This document shows, piece after piece, positions 56,934 to 64,000 of a stretch of 64,000 nucleotides of DNA (the first letter of the stretch is position 1; each line of letters begins with the position of its first letter). Source of the stretch: Eledone cirrhosa. Lineage: Eukaryota. The notes under the pieces are model-generated. The model was not told where the DNA came from, did no database searches, and saw nothing but the letters and a program-made list of their open reading frames with translations. A program made the translations under genes and the position numbers. Location of the stretch: NCBI GenBank assembly GCA_964016885.1, contig OZ024761.1, forward strand, positions 5,580,001-5,644,000, in the 5' to 3' direction.

Positions 56934-58602
56934 TGGTGGCTGCCAACTCGTTTTCGAGTACGGCCACTACTTTATATCCATGTAGGAGAACCCCTACCGA
57001 TGCGCTGAACGAGTGACTTTTTAGTCCAGCCAGCGACTTGAAAACTCTGGTACAAACACTACACTTGCGACAATTATTGACACACAGTGCTGTGCCCATG
57101 GTACCATGTGACGACAAGTGCAGAGAGATCTCCAGATATAAAGCAATGCCTGTGCCGTGAAGCTTTTATAGTGAGCAAAGGCACTGCACAAAGCCAGTCC
57201 CACTCTCTTAACCAAGATGATATTTACCAAAAAGAAGAACAAGTCAACATCATTGGATACCATCAGAGTTGCAGGTGTTATATCAGAGTTTTCCTTCTCC
57301 TAGAATTCTGCCTTGACAAAGGCTAAGGGGTCATCTCTCCCGGTGATTTTGGATGGCCATTGACTCTTAAGAGCTTTTTTGCCTTAAGATCGCTCTGCAC
57401 TTGTCGTCACATGGTACCAAGGGCCCAGCACTATGTGTCAATAATTGTCACAAGTGTAGTGTTTGTAGCAGAGTTCTCAAGTCGCTGGCTGGACTAAAAA
57501 GTCACACTCGTTCAGTAGTGGCCGTACTCGAAAACGAGTTGGCAGCCACCACCATGTATGTATGTATGTATGTATGTATGTATGTATGTATGTATGTATG
57601 TCATTAAGAGTCAATGGCCATCCGAAATCACTGGGAGAGATGACCCCTTAGCCTTTGTCAAGGCAGAATTCTAAGAGAAGGAAAACTCTGATATAACACC
57701 TGCAACCCTGATGGTATCCAATGATGTTGACTTGTTCTTCTTTTTGGTAAATATCATCTTGGTTAAGAGAGTGGGACTGGCTTTGTGCAGTGCCTTTGCT
57801 CACTATAAAAGCTTCACAGCACAGGCATTGCTTTATATCTGGAGATCTCTCTGCACTTGTCATCACATGGTACCATGGGCCCAGCACTATGTGTCAATAA
57901 TTGTCACAAGTGTAGTGTTGTACCAGAGTTTTCAAGTCGCTGGCTGGACTAAAAAGTCACACTCGTTCAGCGCATCGGTAGGGGTTCTCCTACATGGATA
58001 TAAAGTAGTGGCCGTACTCGAAAACGAGTTGGCAGCCACCATGTATGTATGTATGTATGTATGTATGTATGTGTGTATAATTATGTCAGGTCGCCCTCGA
58101 GTGCTACTGGTAACATGTAACCCAGTACAACCTGTCTCAAGGTCGGGTTATCGGCGACTAAAGTGGCAACCCCACGAAGCTTGCTTGGTGAGGAGGGTGA
58201 TATTTGGACACCCTGCGGGATGAAATACAAAACCCGGCAAAGGACGGAGGAAGTAGGTAGAGTCACCGGCTATCGAAATAGTACTTTTCTTTTTCCCCTG
58301 GGAGTGAAAGGCCTCCAGTTGTTGTCTCAACATCTTTCTAAGAGAGGGAAACTGAAAAAAACCTGCGGCTTCGGAAGCATCCGATGATGTTGACCAGTTC
58401 TCCTTTTCGGGTGGTGTTTTTGATGCTCAGAGAGTGGGATTGGTCGAGTACAAGGCCTATCCCCACTTAAAAAACATTGCACACGCATTGCTTGTTCAGG
58501 TTATGTTACAGGTTCGTGTGGCTGGCCGTAGCCCAAAAGTACACCATTTTCTGTAATCTGACAAGCGATTGCAATACTCTTAGCAGAGTTTGCAGCCATC
58601 AT
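56934..58602. mobile_element. Cluster of RTE-derived non-autonomous elements (minus 56934-57370; plus 57390-57555, 57605-58040, 58085-58602)
   Basis: Encode remnant CSVCSRVLKSLAGLKSH (RTE ORF2 terminal Cys/His motif); 3' end ggcagccaccatgtatg; separated by (TATG)n. Confidence 0.8.
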
Positions 58603-58614
58603 GTATGTATATAT

Positions 58615-60310
58615 CTCTTTCTCTTAATTTCCAGTACATTTTTGACCGGCCACCTTCCTGGTGGCAAGGTTGTAAAATAAAAGAAATTGTCAACCTTTGA
58701 ATCGTAAGAATGTTTTGCAAATTTCGAGTGCGCCGGCTATCGCAGCCATTTGTAGTCTAGGAATTAGGGAGCTGCGTTCTTTGTCCACAAATCTAAGTTC
58801 AGTTACACTTTGGTCCAAACGGGTTGGTATATAACTTGTAGCTCCAATAATGATGGGTATGAAGCTGAAGGTATATATTGGATGTCCTCCTTCTCCTGTA
58901 TTTTTCTTACATCATTGACATCAAGTGGGCAGCTGATCTCTACAACAGAACACGTTTTCAATGTGTGGCCCCAAACAAAAATACCAGGCCGGTTGTGCTT
59001 TAATTTGGTGACAGTTTTTATTTTCAGGTTCCACCAGTATTCCTTAGTGCCATCTGTCTCAACATATTCCTCCTCATTTGTTTTTAATTTTGTTTTCCTA
59101 ATTGCGCTCCAGATGGTTCTAGCTATCCCATCGTGTCTCATGGGGAGGTAGTAACGAGACGACATTCTTTCACAGTTGTCAACAATGTGGCTTACATCTT
59201 CGATCTTTGTTTTACATAGCTTACATTTATTGTCAACTGATGGCCCTCCTCTTTTGTGTAGCAGATATTTGGTAGGGATTTCTTGTTCTTGTATTGCATA
59301 GAGATATCCTTCAAGGTGGGATGTAATAGCCTTGTCGGAACTCCATGCCAGGCTTTTTGGATGATTTATCCCCTCTATGGTCTGTGTTTTCGTCTCAGGT
59401 ACCTATGCACAACTTTCTCTGTAAATTGATCCATTTTAAACATTTTGTTCGAGCATTGAACAGGATCCTCCAATGTCCCCGAGAGAGAGATCTATATCAG
59501 GCCTTATTCCATATCTCTCCTCCAGATCAGTGGCTATCCTAATGATATTATTTCTTTCATGCTGGCGGATTGGCAGTATCGGTAGAGGGTTGGACGCCAT
59601 GCTTTGACGCATTGAGTTACGGCCCTTGCCATTCTGAGTTCAAATCCCGCCGAGGTTGACTTTGCCTTTCATCCTTACGGGGTCGATAAAATAAAGTACC
59701 AGTAATACCCTGGGGTAATAGCTGGCCTTGTGCCAAAAGTAGAAACAATTATTTCTTTCATGCTCATAGATCTGCTGAAGATGTTGCTTCAGTCTTACTA
59801 TTCGGGTCTCGTATGATATTAATATGGATTTTAGACCCCGGTCACCTTTCTTGTGTGAGAAGTATAGCCTATCCACATCACCATTGATGCTAAAGTTCCC
59901 AGTAACACTGAGAAGCTTGTGAGTTCTTACATCCATCTCACTTAGTTCTTGCAATGATCAGTTCAGCAGACTAAATGTTGGCGTTAGGTTTGGCACAGCA
60001 TAAGTATTGTGGGCAATGTATTTGTTGTACGCTGACAGTTCTGATGGCCATATTTTCTTTAATCTCTTGAGGTATTCATCTGGTTTTCTCCTTATCTATA
60101 GGTCCATCAAATCTGACATTCTCAGCCTGTCCAAGATATTTGTATTTGTCACCTAACTGTAGAGGTTGTATTGTCAAGCCATTCATCTCTAGATTTCCAG
60201 AGGAGGGCACAATCCTTCCATGTTTTACTGTCAAATATGCACATTTGGACTCACCAAATATCATCCTGATATCTGCAGAAAATTCATATAAATCTTTTGT
60301 ATACAATTGT
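58615..60310 (-). mobile_element. R4/Dong-clade (restriction-like endonuclease) LINE, decayed 3' half
   Basis: RT end FGESKCA, YKYLG, RLY..KKGDRGL; CCHC knuckle CKLCKTKIEDVSHIVDNC; RHD, HNRP and VEISCP endonuclease motifs; ends ICKTFLRFKG*. Confidence 0.9.
59564..59747 (+). mobile_element. Full-length tRNA-derived SINE with 17-bp TSD
   Basis: TSD attatttctttcatgct at 59547-59563 and 59748-59764; A box tggcagtatcgg, B box gagttcaaatcc. Confidence 0.93.
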
Positions 60311-60869
60311 TGTAGTTGCGATTTGGTCGAAGGAGACTTATACGTTTTGCCATGATGAGTTCGTCTATTCACTAATATTTAGCATTTATTTTTTAAAATA
60401 CACGATGATCTTCTTTAAAAGTTTCGACAAAGTTTTGTCATAATTAAATTTAAAGTTGTTCACAGCTTGGGTAATATCTCCTTCCAGATAGTTTTTAAAT
60501 CTACAACTGTATTTTAAACGTTTTCGCTTTGTTTTTGTTATTTTTTTGGTGAATCGTTATGTAACGTTACTTAGTATATTTCTTTATGAATGTGATATAA
60601 CAACATTGTATTTATATGTTAAAATCTATGTAACGTTTATTTGTTAAAATCTATGTAACGTTTATATAAATAGATGTGTTGCAATATATTTACAGTTCAA
60701 ACAATTATGTAGAAATATTGTATGTAATCTTACCGCAATATATAGCTCAACTTTTCCAGTATATGGTATGTAGTCTTCATATAAGCCGTAATTACAACTG
60801 TCGCCATTTTCTGTAATCTGACAAGCGATTGAAGTACTGTTAGCAGAGTTTGCAGCTATCATATGTATG

Positions 60870-60951
<82 letters not shown>

Positions 60952-60956
60952 AGTAT

Positions 60957-61582
60957 GTCGGGTCACTTTTAAGTGCTACTGGTAACATGTAACCCAGTAC
61001 AACCTGTCGCATGGTCGGGTCGTCGGCGACTAAACCGGCAACCCCACCAAGTTTACTTGGTGAGGAGGGTGATTTTGGACACCATGCAGGACAAAAAACA
61101 AAACCTAACAAAAGGGTGGAAGAACTCATAAGAGTCAACGGCCATCCAAAAGTGTGTAAATATGTATATACACATGTACATATGTGTGTATATGTATATG
61201 TGTGTATACATGGGTGCATGTGTATGTATATGAACGGGGACATAGAAATAGTCGGGCTGGATACCCGATCGCGTGGTTAAACCACTGGGAGTGAAGGACC
61301 CCTAGCCTTTGTCAGGGCAATCTTCTAGGAGAGGGCAACTCAGTAAACTGGGATAACTCCGACATAAAACCTACGCTCAGTAGTTACCGATGTTGTTGAT
61401 TTTTTCTTCTTTTCTGGTTATAGCTACTGTAGCTCAGAGAGTGGGATTGGCTCAGTGCACAGTCTTTCCTCACTTTAAAAAACATTTTCACGCACAGGCA
61501 TTGCACGATAGAATTAATTGATAATTATTAATAATGGTATATCGTGCAATGGCCATACTTGTTAACAAGGGGGCAGCCATTA
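60957..61582 (+). mobile_element. RTE-derived non-autonomous element, apparently full length
   Basis: 5' gtcgggtcacttttaagtgctactggtaacatgtaacccagtacaacc shared with 48499 and 58085; (TATG)n tail. Confidence 0.78.
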
Positions 61583-61694
61583 TGTATGTATGTATGTATG
61601 TATGTATGTATGTATGTATGTATGTATGTATGTATGTATGTATGTATGTGTGTATGTATTATATGCATGCATACATGAATGTATGGGTAACAAG

Positions 61695-61890
61695 GGATCA
61701 TCTAGGTCAACATTTGTACACCTAGGTCAACATTTGTACACCTAGGTCAACATGGGTACACCTAGGTCAACATGGGTACACCTAGGTCAACATGGGTACA
61801 TCTGGGTCAACATGGGTACACTTATGTCAACATGGGTACATCTGGGTCAACATGGGTACACCCAGGTCAACATGGGTACACCTAGATCAA
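61695..61890. repeat. 20-bp minisatellite
   Basis: Unit aggtcaacatgggtacacct. Confidence 0.93.
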
Positions 61891-61959
61891 AATCAATACA
61901 CCAAGAGTCAAGGAAAAGTTGACAGAGTTTGTATCTTCTATTGTGTTGTGTCTTTCCTC

Positions 61960-63325
61960 TACAGTAACAAGATCTTCTGGCCCCTCTCAGTTGAAACCCC
62001 ACAACAATTCTATCTGGGTACAGTAACAGTATCAGATCTTCTGGCCCCTCTCAGTTGAAACTCCACAACAATTCTATCTGGGTACAGTAACAGTATCAGA
62101 TCTTCTGGCCCCTCTCAGTTGAAACTCCACAACAATTCTATCTGGGTACAGTAACAATATCAGATCTTCTGGCCCCTCTCAGTTGAAACCCACAACAATT
62201 CTATCTGGTTACAGTAACAATATCTGGTCTTCTGGCCCCTCTCAGTTGAAACCCACAACAATTCTATCTGGGTACAGTAATAATATCAGATCTTCTGGCC
62301 CCTCTCAGTTGAAACCCCACAACAATTCTATCTGGGTACAGTAACAATATCTGGTCTTCTGGCCCCTCTCAGTTGAAACCCACAACAATTCTATCTGGGT
62401 ACAGTAACAATATCTGGTCTTCTGGCCCCTCTCAGTTGAAACCCCACAACAATTCTATCTGGGTACAGTAACAATATCTGGTCTTCTGGCCCCTCTCAGT
62501 TGAAACCCCACAACAATTCTATCTGGGTACAGTAACAATATCTGGTCTTCTGGCCCCTCTCAGTTGAAACCCCACAACAATTCTATTTGGGTACAGTAAC
62601 AATATCTGGTCTTCTGGCCCCTCTCAGTTGAAACCCCACAACAATTCTATCTGGGTACAGTAACAATATCAGGTTTTCTGGCCCCTCTTAGTTGAAACCC
62701 CACAACAATTCTATCTGGGTACAGTAACAATATCAGGTTTTCTGGCCCCTCTTAGTTGAAACCCCACAACAATTCTATCTGGGTACAGTAACAATATCTG
62801 GTCTTCTGGCCCCTCTCAGTTGAAACCCCACAACAATTCTATCTGGGTACAGTAACAATATCAGGTTTTCTGGCCCCTCTTAGTTGAAACCCCACAACAA
62901 TTCTATCTGGGTACAGTAACAATATCAGGTTTTCTGGCCCCTCTTAGTTGAAACCCCACAACAATTCTATCTGGGTACAGTAACAATATCAGGTTTTCTG
63001 GCCCCTCTTAGTTGAAACCCCACAACAATTCTATCTGGGTACAGTAACAATATCAGGTTTTCTGGCCCCTCTTAGTTGAAACCCCACAACAATTCTATCT
63101 GGGTACAGTAACAATATCAGATCTTCTGGCCCCTCTCAGTTGAAACCCCACAACAATTCTATCTGGGTACAGTAACAATATCTGGTCTTCTGGCCCCTCT
63201 CAGTTGAAACCCCACAACAATTCTATCTGGGTACAGTAACAATATCTGGTCTTCTGGCCCCTCTCAGTTGAAACTCCACAACAATTCTATTTGGGTACAG
63301 TAACAATATCTGGTCTTCTGGCCCC
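61960..63325. repeat. 63-64 bp tandem repeat, ~21 copies
   Basis: Unit tctggcccctctcagttgaaaccccacaacaattctatctgggtacagtaacaatatctggtct. Confidence 0.97.
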
Positions 63326-63804
63326 TTCTGTTATCGTAGAAACTTGTTTCAGGTGGGGTTGCTGTCAAAACAGTTAAATCACGACAATTCTAACCACACC
63401 TACTCTACAGGATGACGTCATCGTCATATTTTCCGTATACGTGACACGAATCTCTATTGAGTGAATGAGACGTAGTTTCAAAGCAAGCCCACTCCACTTC
63501 ATATATCTATCTGTATGAATAATGGGTATCTTACATCTTAAGGATGACAAAAATGAAGTCAAGGAGGAGTTGCTTGTTTTGTTTATCAGGAAAACAACAA
63601 TAACAACAATAATAACTACAGTTACAACAACAACAATAACAACAACAACTAATTCTATTAGCGCAACAATAATAACGGTTTCATTTATTGGCCACAATAC
63701 AGGAACAGTGGGGGGTACTATATAACGTGTAAACAATATAAATAACAATAACAAAATAACAAGAAAAATACAATAATGAAAAATTCCCCAATAGGGGGGG
63801 GGGG

Positions 63805-64000
63805 TAATCACTGCATCTCGGTCAGGTCCGTCTGACAGCACTTCCATACCTGTAGAGTTTATCTCGAACCGGCAGTGTCTCCCGGTAGCACTGCCAAGCG
63901 AGGGATTTTTGGAAGTTATCCATCGTCCCCAGCTCGAAAGTCCTCCGGTACAGACTCGTTAGTTCGACTTCGTCGATACCCAGAGCCTCTCCGAGTGCGA
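63805..64000 (-). mobile_element. L1/Tx1-type LINE ORF2 fragment (zinc-binding zf-RVT-like region), runs off window
   Basis: Minus frame: MDNFQKSLAWQCYRETLPVRDKLYRYGSAVRRT*PRC, matching W....LP....L......CPRC with the first Cys codon mutated to stop. Confidence 0.75.

Overview
Eukaryotic (animal) genomic DNA, very likely octopus/cephalopod judging by the SINE families and extreme microsatellite load (inference). Most of the window is (TA)n, (CA)n, (GA)n, (TATG)n and trinucleotide microsatellites plus several minisatellites. Nearly all long ORFs in the supplied track are translation artefacts of these repeats. Recognisable mobile DNA comprises RTE-clade LINE 3' fragments, R4/Dong-clade LINE fragments, a Tx1/L1-type zinc-binding fragment, a full-length decayed mariner, tRNA-derived SINEs, RTE-derived non-autonomous elements, a TIR element with an internal GC-rich array and a Penelope-like element (PLE) GIY-YIG 3' end. 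The main signal, invisible in the ORF track, is about 25 type I hammerhead ribozyme motifs (CUGANGA-helix II-GAAA-helix III-NUH-helix I, folded by eye) plus several partial ones, from roughly ten sequence-unrelated families. They lie in short PLE pseudo-LTR-like modules embedded in (TA)n, often as inverted pairs, and one lies directly behind the PLE endonuclease ORF. Across families they share palindromic helix III, a pyrimidine mismatch at the 4th pair of helix II and a downstream TYGAGTRCY motif. No host protein-coding gene could be identified with confidence. A promoter-like island near 39.9-40.2 kb and a candidate first exon on the minus strand are noted.
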